Part shown: piece after piece, positions 1 through 9,087 of the stretch
Position numbering within the stretch: the stretch's first letter is position 1
Layout of the letters: each line of letters begins with the position of its first letter
Assembly: GCA_963842085.1 (NCBI GenBank)
Contig: CAWJET010000002.1
Location: 704,001-768,000, forward strand
From: an uncultured delta proteobacterium
Lineage (GTDB): Bacteria > Desulfobacterota > Binatia > Binatales > Binataceae
DNA: 64,000 bases
Direction of reading: 5' to 3'
The notes under the pieces: model-generated
Database searches by the model: none
Told to the model about the DNA's origin: nothing
What the model saw: only the letters and a program-made list of their open reading frames with translations
Translations under genes and position numbers: made by a program

Positions 1-1
1 A

Positions 2-1012
2 GCGACCAAAGTGATGTGGAACTACAGCTACCGGCCGCTCTACAGCGACGACATCGACATGCGCTATCCGGAGGTTGCGACCTTCGCCAGGAACTCGACC
101 GGCCGGCCGCTCAGCTATTACACGGTGGGGCACTTCGCGTTCTACAACAATATCGGCCGTATCGAAGTGCCGCCGATACCTACCGATCCCGACGCTCTGA
201 AGAGCGGCCTTCGTTACCGCTTCGGCTTCTTTCCCTTCCTCGAACCAACGAGTTTGCGGGGCTATGGGATGGTGCGGGAGCGGTACATCAATCCCAAGGT
301 CGAGGACAACTTCTGGGTGTACAGTCCGGGGACACGCAAGCTGCGCCGTGAATCGGCGGGCGTGCTGGCGGACAGTATCGGGGCGTTGCCGGGATTTGGC
401 GGCGGCGGTGGTGGCGGCCTCGGCGGTGGTATGGGAGGCGCCAGCGGATCCACTGCTTACGCGAATACGCTCGATCCGGATTCGTACTTCGGTTTCTCGG
501 CGAAGGTCGAAGACTTCAACTACCGATTCCTGGGCGAGCGCGAGATGCTCGCGTCGGTGCATGCCGAGCATTCGCCCGAGCCGCAGTGCCCGTTCGACGG
601 CGGCAAGACTATTTGCCCGGAGAACTGGGAGATGCGCCATCTCTACGTGGTCGAAGCGACCGTGAAACCGGGCCTTGGCGCCACGATTCCGAAGCGAATC
701 CTGTACATCGATTCAGAGGGATGGTTTGTGACTGCGTCAGATCAGTACGATCGCGACGGCAAGTTATGGAAGACCATCGCGACCTTCAACACTTATCGCG
801 ATCGGCCGGTGCCGGATGCGCGAATCGCCATTTATCCGTACAAGCGGATGTTCCAGCTCGGCCTGGTCGATGAGGATCTCACCAGCGGTTACAGCTCCGT
901 CGTCTATATGCCCGGAACGACCGCGCCCGATCACGAGTGCTGGTATATCGACATGGGAACCGTGACCAACGCGATGCTGGCGCCGCAAGCGCTCGTGCGA
1001 GAAGGACACTGA
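2..1012 (+). CDS. DUF1329 family periplasmic/outer-membrane-associated protein (5'-partial)
   Basis: Frame is open from the window edge (ATKVMWNYSYR). DUF1329-type motifs: DNFWVYSPGTRKLRR, DPDSYFGFS, WEMRHLYVVEA, KRILYID, SDQYDRDGKLWK. Confidence 0.8.
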   Translation, partial: ATKVMWNYSYRPLYSDDIDMRYPEVATFARNSTGRPLSYYTVGHFAFYNNIGRIEVPPIPTDPDALKSGLRYRFGFFPFLEPTSLRGYGMVRERYINPKVEDNFWVYSPGTRKLRRESAGVLADSIGALPGFGGGGGGGLGGGMGGASGSTAYANTLDPDSYFGFSAKVEDFNYRFLGEREMLASVHAEHSPEPQCPFDGGKTICPENWEMRHLYVVEATVKPGLGATIPKRILYIDSEGWFVTASDQYDRDGKLWKTIATFNTYRDRPVPDARIAIYPYKRMFQLGLVDEDLTSGYSSVVYMPGTTAPDHECWYIDMGTVTNAMLAPQALVREGH

Positions 1013-1027
1013 GCGGTAAGAACGCAG

Positions 1028-2671
1028 CTACAGTTGCAGCACGAAGCGGATGTCGCCCAGACGCAACTGGCTGCCAGCGCTGAGAAACGCCGAGCCGTGG
1101 ATCTGGCGGTCGTCCACGTAGCTGCCGTTGGTCGAATTCAGGTCCATCAGCTCGAACCCACCGTCGCGGCGCATCAGGCGCGCGTGCTGTCGCGAGACGC
1201 TGGCGTGCGGAATAACGACGTCGTTGTTCTCGCCGCGGCCAATGGTTATCTCGTCCTTCATCAGCGAGTATTCCGCCGGCACCGGATCGATGCGATCGAC
1301 TGCCACCAGCCGCGCGCCCTGGGTATGTCCCACGCCGCGCGGCGCGGTGGTCGGCGATTGCGGCGGCCGGGCGGGCGCGCGTTGCGCGACGCGGGCCGCA
1401 GACGGCGGCGCCGACGGCATCCGGAGTGACGGAGCGCTCTGCGCCTCGATGATGGCCTTCAGTTCCTCGGCCGAGACCCCGAACCTCATCCGCGAGAGCC
1501 CGAAGAGCCCGATGATTGCGAGCAAGGGCACCGCGCCGTTCCACCAACTAAAGGAGAATTGCTTGAGCCCCGTGCCGGTCGAATTTCCGCCGGCCGTGCC
1601 TTCGTCCTCGGGCACGTTGATCGCCGCGCCGCCGAGACCGCGGACCTGATACGAGGTCTCCGCGTCGCCCGATTCACCATTGTAATCGACCTTCAGCGCG
1701 ACGCTGCGATTGGTGCCGTCTTCGATCGGCCGCGGCGTGCGGTAGGTCAGCGAATACTCGGTCGCGATCGAATGGCCTATTTCGCGCACCAGCGACGGGA
1801 AGCGGCCTTCCTCCGTGATGATATTGTACGAGCGGCCGTGCGTCGCATCGACGATTTCCTGGTACTCGGGCGCGATGAACGGCGGCGGCACCACCGCGTA
1901 CAGCGTGAGCCCGTTCTTCTTGAGCAGGTCGGCGACCTTGGTGCCGGTTAAATCCGTGACCTGGACGCCGCGGGTGTGATGGTCCCAGAAGGCCTGGTCG
2001 TGCGCCGTGTCGGCCGAGCCGTCGCCGTCATGATGAGGCGGCGCGTCGGTGACGATAATGATGATGCCTTCGGCCTCGGGGCGGAACGGAAACTTGGCGG
2101 CATAGGCAAGCGCGTCGAGCTGATCCTCGGGGATGTCGCCGCCGCCGCCGGCGTGCAGGCTGCCGACCCAGTCGCTGAACTGCTTGACGTTCGAGGTGAA
2201 CGAGTTGCGATAGGCGCAGTTGCAGTCGGGATACGCCGAGACCACGTAGTCCTCGAAGGTCACCAGTCCGAGCCGGTAGTCGCGGCTGTTGGACTGCAGG
2301 TCCTGGGCGAACGCGATCACATTCTGCTTGACGGCGTCGATGTAGGGCTGCATCGATTCGGTCACGTCCAGCACGAACACTATGTCAACGGGACGGCCCT
2401 GGCCGACGCCGCGAAAATCGATAATTTTGGCTTCCTTGCCGTCCTCAAAGACCTTCACGTTGTCGGGACGAAGGTTGCCGACCGGATTGCCGTTTTGGTC
2501 GGTCAAACCAAAGTCGAGCTGGACGCCGCCGTCGGCATCGAAATGCTCGAGGCCCGGATTTCCGGTGGTGATTTTCAGGCTCGCTTGTGCCGCGGTTGCC
2601 CGAAGCCCGAAGCACAGCAGAAGAAAAAGCGCGAACAGAAGATGGCGGGCGTTTCGATTCGGCGAGTTCAT
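1028..2671 (-). CDS. Membrane-anchored vWA + FHA domain protein
   Basis: Signal peptide (LLFALFLLLCFGLRATAAQA); vWA with MIDAS-like DVTES and IIIVTDAPPH; TM segment WWNGAVPLLAIIGLFGL; Pro/Ala linker; C-terminal FHA (IGRG..NDVVI..ASVSRQHA..DLNSTNGSY). Start taken at ATG 2671. Confidence 0.85.
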   Translation of the reverse strand: MNSPNRNARHLLFALFLLLCFGLRATAAQASLKITTGNPGLEHFDADGGVQLDFGLTDQNGNPVGNLRPDNVKVFEDGKEAKIIDFRGVGQGRPVDIVFVLDVTESMQPYIDAVKQNVIAFAQDLQSNSRDYRLGLVTFEDYVVSAYPDCNCAYRNSFTSNVKQFSDWVGSLHAGGGGDIPEDQLDALAYAAKFPFRPEAEGIIIIVTDAPPHHDGDGSADTAHDQAFWDHHTRGVQVTDLTGTKVADLLKKNGLTLYAVVPPPFIAPEYQEIVDATHGRSYNIITEEGRFPSLVREIGHSIATEYSLTYRTPRPIEDGTNRSVALKVDYNGESGDAETSYQVRGLGGAAINVPEDEGTAGGNSTGTGLKQFSFSWWNGAVPLLAIIGLFGLSRMRFGVSAEELKAIIEAQSAPSLRMPSAPPSAARVAQRAPARPPQSPTTAPRGVGHTQGARLVAVDRIDPVPAEYSLMKDEITIGRGENNDVVIPHASVSRQHARLMRRDGGFELMDLNSTNGSYVDDRQIHGSAFLSAGSQLRLGDIRFVLQL

Positions 2672-2817
2672 CGCTGGCAATGATTCTCCGGATCGGGAAG
2701 GCAATCAGTCAAGCTCCGTGATCAATTCGACGTTAACGCAAGCGATTGTATTCTTGCCTTCGCACACCGGTTAGGTTATCCCAAACGCTGACCAAATTCT
2801 TCTTTGATGGATTCCGA

Positions 2818-4956
2818 GTGAAAGATTTTTTTGTGCATCGGATTGCTCGCGGCCTGATTATACCTTTTGTCAGCGTGATTTGCGTGATTCTGGCCGGTGC
2901 CGGACCGGCCCGGGCCGGCAAAAATGCCCCGGTCGAGGTTGGATTTGTGGGCGTTCCGCCGCCGGGCTTTCAAAACGTTCTTCTCAATGTTCAAGCGGTT
3001 CGCATCAATCCCAATGCCAGCGCGGGCCCCGGCAGCGGCAAGTGGGCGACCATTCCGGTACCCCCGGGGGTTGGAGGCGGCAGCGGCCAGAAGGCGGAGT
3101 TGCAGATCGATCTGAATACTTCGCAGAATGTACCCCAGCTCTTCAACACCGCCAATGTGCGGGCCGACAGTTACCAGGTTGCGGAGATCCTGCTCGATCC
3201 GAACAATCCCGGCACGTTGATCCCCAACTGTCCGAAAGCACCGACTGTCGGCAGCACCGCCGACGGATGCATCAATTACCCGATCGCGTTGGCCAACGGC
3301 CAAGTCATCAGCACGCCAATCTCGGGGTTCTCACCGGGAAAGGGAAAACTGTCGCAGTTGGTGCTTCAAGTATCGATGACAATCACCCAGGCGCCGACGA
3401 CGGCGAACGGCGCTTACACCGTCAACATCGTTCTGAGCCCGATTACCAGTTCGGTGCTGGGCACGATCACGGGATCGGTGACGGTCAAAGCGGGGTCCGG
3501 CGGTTCGACGACCGGAAAGGTCCGCCAGTTGGCGGTGACCGCCGAAGCGATCGGAACCAATACCGCGATTGCGACCGCTCAGGTGCAGAGCGGGACGTTT
3601 ACCCTGGCGCTTCCTGCGGGCGGCGGCCCGGGGTCACCAGAGTCGCCACTCGGACTTGGAACGCTCTATGACCTCGCGGTTTCGGGCGGAGGAGATAGCT
3701 ACGCGGCAGACCGGTTGGTGCCGTTGTACCCGGGGCAATCGCTCACGGATGACTTCACCGTCACCGGGAATCAGACCCTGGGCAACATCACAGGCCAAAT
3801 CACCGACAATTGCGTGGCCACAAAACCGATTGTCGGTGCGACGCTGCAATTGCTGGTTCCGCCCAACAGCAACCCCACGGCTAACTGCTTCGACCTGACG
3901 ACCGCCGATCAATGCGTTACTGTCGCAACCGCGAATACCGACAACGCCGGCGACTTCCCGCTGCCAGGAACAATCACGATTCCGCCTCAGTTTCAAAACG
4001 TTCCGCAAGCGCCAAAAGCAAATCCGAACGGTGCCTATGCGATGGAGATCAGCGCGCCCGGCTATGACTCCCTAATCGTCCAGGCGAAGCCGAACGGGGG
4101 CAGCGGCAAGAAAAGCGGTGGCACGTGCGCACCTGTGGGCAGCACCACTTTCGGCACGTGCGATCTCGCGCTGAATACGGGATACATCACCGGCAGCATT
4201 CCGATCACATCCCCGAATCCGGGGCAGACCACCCTGGTCCAGGTATTCGCCGAGGACATGGGAACCAACACCGTCGAAAGCGCGCTGCCAATGCCGATAA
4301 GCGTCACGAACTCGAACCCCGGCTCCGTCAATTTCACGCTGAACGTTCCGACCTTTGATCAGGTTCCGGCCTTTGATCTGTACGCCACGACGATCGATCT
4401 CTACCAGGGCGTCACCGATCCATATCAAGGCCATACGATCGCAGTGCTGGGAGACGTGGCGGCGCCGGCGGTGCCGACCGGGCCGGGAATGTGCAATACG
4501 ACTCAGAACGCGAATTTTTCCCCCGACGAAACCATCAATTGCATCGGTCACGGCAGCGTGACGGGCACTGTCGCCAACGCCGACCTCGGCACCTCGGTGG
4601 TGTTATCGAAACAAGACCCGCTGTCGGGGAACAACGTGCAGATAGCGACCAGCCTCGTGCAGAATCAGTCGCCAAATTCCAGTCCAAGCAACAGTTACGC
4701 CTTCTGCGTTCCCGCCGACATCTATCAACTACAAACGGTGGAGATGCCGTTGCCCAGTCCCAGTGTAGTGCCGTCGGCGGCGCCAACACCCGAGCCCACG
4801 GGCAGCCCCACGATTACCGTCACGATTCCGCCGGCTCCGCTAGCCGGAGGCCCGGTGCCGACTCCGACGCCGGCGATCAAGTGCCCCACCACCTGCTCGA
4901 ATCCCAACGGCTCATGCCCCGGCATCTGCAACACCGTTATCCAGACGCTACCGTGA
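2818..4956 (+). CDS. Large secreted DUF4382-like / beta-sandwich repeat protein
   Basis: Signal peptide ending PARA; N-terminal NVLLNVQAVRIN..W..IDL..SYQVAEILL resembles DUF4382; repeated G.ITG.V/I modules resembling carboxypeptidase-regulatory-like domains; Cys-rich C-terminus. Start uncertain (GTG 2818 or 2833). Confidence 0.65.
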   Translation: MKDFFVHRIARGLIIPFVSVICVILAGAGPARAGKNAPVEVGFVGVPPPGFQNVLLNVQAVRINPNASAGPGSGKWATIPVPPGVGGGSGQKAELQIDLNTSQNVPQLFNTANVRADSYQVAEILLDPNNPGTLIPNCPKAPTVGSTADGCINYPIALANGQVISTPISGFSPGKGKLSQLVLQVSMTITQAPTTANGAYTVNIVLSPITSSVLGTITGSVTVKAGSGGSTTGKVRQLAVTAEAIGTNTAIATAQVQSGTFTLALPAGGGPGSPESPLGLGTLYDLAVSGGGDSYAADRLVPLYPGQSLTDDFTVTGNQTLGNITGQITDNCVATKPIVGATLQLLVPPNSNPTANCFDLTTADQCVTVATANTDNAGDFPLPGTITIPPQFQNVPQAPKANPNGAYAMEISAPGYDSLIVQAKPNGGSGKKSGGTCAPVGSTTFGTCDLALNTGYITGSIPITSPNPGQTTLVQVFAEDMGTNTVESALPMPISVTNSNPGSVNFTLNVPTFDQVPAFDLYATTIDLYQGVTDPYQGHTIAVLGDVAAPAVPTGPGMCNTTQNANFSPDETINCIGHGSVTGTVANADLGTSVVLSKQDPLSGNNVQIATSLVQNQSPNSSPSNSYAFCVPADIYQLQTVEMPLPSPSVVPSAAPTPEPTGSPTITVTIPPAPLAGGPVPTPTPAIKCPTTCSNPNGSCPGICNTVIQTLP

Positions 4957-5645
4957 TCGCGATGGTGAACCGGGGAATGCGGAGTCTCGCGCGAACCTTG
5001 GCGATGAGCGCGCTCGGCGCCGCGATCGTCTTTGCAGTCGCGGCCTGCAACAACCAGACTGGATTTTCCGGCAGCGTCGGCAATACGCCCAACGCCCCCA
5101 AGCTGACCTCGTACGAAGTTCTCGGCACGGTCGGCACGCCATTTACTGCCACCGTCTCCGACACGCGATCGTCGTGGACGCTGCAGGGCAACGTTCCGCT
5201 CAGCATCTTTATCTGCAACAACCTGCCGCCGGCCGCAATCGTCGCGACCAAAACCAGCAGCAACAGCAACCTGCTGAGTCTCGAAATAATCTCCGGCAGC
5301 CGCGTGGCCGACCTCCAGTCCACCAGCGCGCCATTTGGAACCGTGTCGGTGCAGGTCGGAGGCACTCTCAGCTCGATCGCCTCGCCGGCGGACCCCGACC
5401 TGCGCATTTTCCTGAGCGGCCCCCTCAATGAGCACTATCAGGCGCTGGTCGAAGACATTTCGACGGGATTCGTAATCAGTTCAAGTGCGCCGACGTTGAT
5501 CCTGTTCGACAACCCGGACGGCAAGGTGGACGCCACCTTTTTCGGCAGCCAGGACTTCGGCACCTTCACCGCCAACATGACGCTTGGCGGCGAAGTGGTG
5601 GCAACCGTTATGCACGGCCCCAACGCGACGATTCGCGAGCCCTGA
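4953..5645 (+). CDS. Hypothetical lipoprotein
   Basis: GTG overlaps the upstream stop (GTGA); lipobox VAAC after a hydrophobic stretch; beta-rich Ser/Thr/Gly mature part. Alternative starts at ATG 4962 and 4977. Confidence 0.7.
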   Translation: MIAMVNRGMRSLARTLAMSALGAAIVFAVAACNNQTGFSGSVGNTPNAPKLTSYEVLGTVGTPFTATVSDTRSSWTLQGNVPLSIFICNNLPPAAIVATKTSSNSNLLSLEIISGSRVADLQSTSAPFGTVSVQVGGTLSSIASPADPDLRIFLSGPLNEHYQALVEDISTGFVISSSAPTLILFDNPDGKVDATFFGSQDFGTFTANMTLGGEVVATVMHGPNATIREP

Positions 5646-5720
5646 CTGGCGTCGCGTGTTGAGTCAGTAGCGGCGGTAGCCGCGCAATCCGCTCGCAGAT
5701 CTTCGTTCATTCCGGTTCGT

Positions 5721-5747
5721 TTGACAGCCTTCCGCATTCGTCATACT
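5721..5747 (+). promoter_or_regulatory. Candidate sigma70 promoter for the emrA-like gene
   Basis: Perfect TTGACA at 5721-5726 and CATACT at 5742-5747, but the spacer is only 15 nt. Confidence 0.35.
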
Positions 5748-5813
5748 TAGCCTCTGTAACAAGTGAGCGATTCGAGAAACGCACCTGGATCTCCCCGCCC
5801 CTGAAATCATCCT

Positions 5814-6995
5814 ATGAACTCGCAGCTCGTACGCCGGGTACTGTTGGTAGTGGTGATCATCGCGGTCGCCGCCGCCGCGATTCCCGGGTTTCACTACTAT
5901 CGCTACCTCGAAAGCCACGTCAGCACCGACGACGCCTATGTCGACGGCACCGTTGCGCTGGTTTCGTCGCGCGTCGCCGGCACGGTGACCAACGTTTACG
6001 TCGAAGACAACTGGACGGTTAAGGAAGGCCAGCTCTTGTTGACGCTGGATCCGCGCGACTTCGACGTCAAGGTTGAGCAGGCCCAGGCTCAGCTCGAACG
6101 CGCCCGGCAATCGGTCGACGAGCTCTACGCGGGGGTGGAAGCGGCGCAGTCGGGCGTGTCGCTCGCAAGGTCGCAGCTCAAGCAGGCGCAGATCGATTTC
6201 GATCGGGCCAAGGCGCTGAAGGAGCAAGGCGTCGTTTCCAGCGAGCAATACGATCAGGCCAACACCGGATTGCGCATCGCGCTCGCCGACGAAGCGCTGG
6301 CGGAGCATCAATTGACCCAGGCCAAGGCCGCGCTCGGCGCCGAAGGCGACGACCATTCGCGCTATGCACGCCCGGTCGTCAAACAGGCCCAAGCGGCTCT
6401 GGAAGCTGCCAAGCTCGATCTAGGCTACACCAGGATCAACGCGCCTTTTGCCGGCGTCGTGACGCATAAGACCGCCCACGTCGGCAATCGCGTCCAGGTT
6501 GGGGAGCCTCTGCTCGCGATCGTCCCGCTCGGCAAGCTCTACCTCACGGCGAATTTCAAGGAGACCCAGCTCACCGATGTGCGCGTCGGGCAGAAAGCGG
6601 AGATCGTCGCCGATATCTATCCCGGCTACACCTACCGGGGACACGTCGATTCGATCAGCATGGGCACCGGCGCCGCCTTCTCGCTGCTGCCGCCCGAGAA
6701 CGCGACCGGAAACTGGGTCAAGGTCGTGCAGCGCGTGCCGGTCAAGATTGTTATCGACGGGCCGGTACCGGAAGACAAACCGCTGCGGCTCGGACTCTCG
6801 GTCGAGGTGGCAATCGACCTGAGCAATCGCAGCGGACCGTTGCTCTCGTCGATGGTGCAGCAGCACTACCAGAGAAACGGCCAGACTCTGCCCAACGAGA
6901 CGCTCGAGACGGCGCCGATGCCGCAGCCCCAGCCTGAACCGTCGCCCGACACCGGAACGCAGCAGCATTTTATGAATCCGTTGTCGCCGCACTGA
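5814..6995 (+). CDS. emrA: HlyD/EmrA family membrane fusion protein
   Basis: HVSTDDAYVDG, coiled-coil hairpin, ANFKETQL, GTGAAFSLLPPENATGNWVKVVQRVPV. Confidence 0.9.
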   Translation: MNSQLVRRVLLVVVIIAVAAAAIPGFHYYRYLESHVSTDDAYVDGTVALVSSRVAGTVTNVYVEDNWTVKEGQLLLTLDPRDFDVKVEQAQAQLERARQSVDELYAGVEAAQSGVSLARSQLKQAQIDFDRAKALKEQGVVSSEQYDQANTGLRIALADEALAEHQLTQAKAALGAEGDDHSRYARPVVKQAQAALEAAKLDLGYTRINAPFAGVVTHKTAHVGNRVQVGEPLLAIVPLGKLYLTANFKETQLTDVRVGQKAEIVADIYPGYTYRGHVDSISMGTGAAFSLLPPENATGNWVKVVQRVPVKIVIDGPVPEDKPLRLGLSVEVAIDLSNRSGPLLSSMVQQHYQRNGQTLPNETLETAPMPQPQPEPSPDTGTQQHFMNPLSPH

Positions 6996-7091
6996 CCGCC
7001 GCTCACCTGACACGAGTGTCAGTTCAATTGCGCCGAATTCCCTCGTGTACTACGCTGCGGTTCGCGCGGACTTTCCGCCCGCGTCTATCCG

Positions 7092-8177
7092 ATGCTCGAC
7101 CCCCGCGACATTGCGCAGCGCCTCTCCGCCCACCTTGGCGCACCGGTCGCGCGCCTGAGCATCCTTGCCAGCGGATGGGAAACCACGGTCTTCGAGTTTA
7201 CGCTCGAGGCGCCGTCGAAATCGTTGGCGACCTTACCGATTGGCGAGCCGATGGTTTTGCGCTTCTACCAGGGCTCCGCCGCCGACGCCAAAGGCGCTCG
7301 CGAACACACCACTATCGCTCGCCTGTTCGCGGCCGGCTATCCCGTCCCGCGTCCCTACGCCTTTGAGCCCGACCATCGCTCGTTGGGCGCGCCGTTTCTG
7401 ATCATGCAGCGCCTGGCGGGCGGCCCGCTGTTCGCGGTTCGCAGCTTTCCGAGCGCGTTCAAGACCTTCTCGATGGCATTTTTTTCGTTCGTCCGCACGC
7501 AGTCGCGACTCCACAAATTCGATCCCGCGAGCGCGGGCCTGCGCGAGATTCCGCGCGCTTATGCGCCGGTCGGTGAAAGCACCGCCGACTCGCCGCTGCT
7601 CGATCGCGTGCTCGCGATCATCGCCAATCGCGTCGAGACCGGCCCGCTGCCCGGCCTTCGCGAGGCGCTCAACCTCGTCACCGAACGGGCGCCCAAGTTC
7701 CGCCGCAGCCCGGATTCGGTGGTGCACATGGACTATCATCCGCTCAACGTGATGGTGCAGGGGGTGAGCGTGACCGGCGTGATCGATTGGGTGAATACCG
7801 ATGTCGGCGATCGCCATCTCGACGCGGCGATGACCAGCGTGATTCTGGCGTCGTCGGCGCTGGAGAAGCCGCGATGGATGCGCGACAACGTCGTCGGCAA
7901 CGGCCTTCGCGCGAGCTTCGCGGCGCTGTACATGCCGCTCTACCATGCGATGACGCCGATGGATTTCCAGCGCTTCCGTTACTGCCAGGCGGTCGCGGCC
8001 CTGCTGCGGCTCTCGATGCTCGGGATGATGCGCGCGCGGGGTCCGGAGGCCGTGGGCTTTCGCCGCGAGGCGATCAACGAAGTCACGCCCGCGGTCGTCA
8101 GACTGCTCAGCCGCTACGCCACCCGCAAGAGCGGTGCCTCGGTCCGCCTTGACGCGCCCGCGCCGCAGCCGGCGTGA
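7092..8177 (+). CDS. Aminoglycoside-phosphotransferase (APH)-like kinase family protein
   Basis: Brenner motif HMDYHPLNV, GVIDW, YPVPRP..LGAPFLIMQRL. Confidence 0.85.
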   Translation: MLDPRDIAQRLSAHLGAPVARLSILASGWETTVFEFTLEAPSKSLATLPIGEPMVLRFYQGSAADAKGAREHTTIARLFAAGYPVPRPYAFEPDHRSLGAPFLIMQRLAGGPLFAVRSFPSAFKTFSMAFFSFVRTQSRLHKFDPASAGLREIPRAYAPVGESTADSPLLDRVLAIIANRVETGPLPGLREALNLVTERAPKFRRSPDSVVHMDYHPLNVMVQGVSVTGVIDWVNTDVGDRHLDAAMTSVILASSALEKPRWMRDNVVGNGLRASFAALYMPLYHAMTPMDFQRFRYCQAVAALLRLSMLGMMRARGPEAVGFRREAINEVTPAVVRLLSRYATRKSGASVRLDAPAPQPA

Positions 8178-8231
8178 GTCGCGTTTGGGCAGTCATCTAC
8201 TGCCAGCGGGAGTACTCAAATCTTTAGCTCG

Positions 8232-9071
8232 TCACTTAAGGAAGAGGAACGTCACGCTCACGCGCGCTATCCACTGCGGTGCGCCATCCGGACGCTTTAG
8301 AAGGTCGTACGCGCCGAGCTGCAGACTCAGACTCTGGGAGCCGATATTGAAAGCCCTGCCGACATCGGCGCCCATCGGAATCGTCCACGCGTTGGCGGTA
8401 TCTGCGGTCCAATCGTAGGTCATCTGCGGATCGATGTCGGCGTACCATCCGCTCTCGAGGTTGTAGCTGATCATCGGCTCGATGTAGGTCTGATTCACGC
8501 TCCCGCGCTCGCGATTTCCGGCAAACGACAGCAGTTGGTCGGTGAGGATGGCGTTGAGCCACGGGCCCTCCGAGTACACAAGGGCCGCAGTTGGTCCGGC
8601 TGACCAGCGGCCGGTTCCCAATTCCGAGCTGCTGGCAGTGGGGAAGTCGAAGATCGGACCCACGCCCCAGATCCACGTGGCCGCGTTGTGCGGCGTTAGA
8701 AAAAAAGAAGTCTCGAAGTCTTCCAGCCCGGATTGTTCATGCGGAGTGGGGGCGTAAGCGACGGTCAGGCTCGGCCGTGCGAACAGGTCCCAATCCGCAT
8801 TCAGCGAGAACGGCAGTAACGGCTCGATGTTCCAGGCGTCGCCGGCCTTATGATGCGGACCTAGTTGAAATCCGGTCGTGGACTGAATCGGAACTTTGAC
8901 GAAATCCTCGAACGGATTGTGGACGGCAATTGCCAGCTCCTGATCGCTCATGGCGCTCGCCGGCGACGGTGCAGACGTCGAGGCTTGTTGCGCGTAGGTG
9001 GACGCCGCCAGAAAGGCGCTCAGCAGCAAGCCCAATACAGTGGCGGAGGGCAGAAGTTGCAAACTCAGCAC
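8232..9071 (-). CDS. Putative outer-membrane beta-barrel protein (family often labelled 'neuromedin U'/transporter)
   Basis: Signal peptide then ELA...NP, IEPLLPF, WGVGPIFDFPTAS..LGTGRWSAGP, WTIPMG, and a C-terminal amphipathic strand. True start is probably GTG 9071 rather than 9140. Confidence 0.7.
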   Translation of the reverse strand: MLSLQLLPSATVLGLLLSAFLAASTYAQQASTSAPSPASAMSDQELAIAVHNPFEDFVKVPIQSTTGFQLGPHHKAGDAWNIEPLLPFSLNADWDLFARPSLTVAYAPTPHEQSGLEDFETSFFLTPHNAATWIWGVGPIFDFPTASSSELGTGRWSAGPTAALVYSEGPWLNAILTDQLLSFAGNRERGSVNQTYIEPMISYNLESGWYADIDPQMTYDWTADTANAWTIPMGADVGRAFNIGSQSLSLQLGAYDLLKRPDGAPQWIARVSVTFLFLK

Positions 9072-9087
9072 TTCAAGTTGGCTCGTG

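Noticed and set aside
4491-4952. N-terminal extension of ORF 4491..5645
   Set aside because: Overlaps the upstream gene out of frame; the lipoprotein signal begins at 4953 or later.
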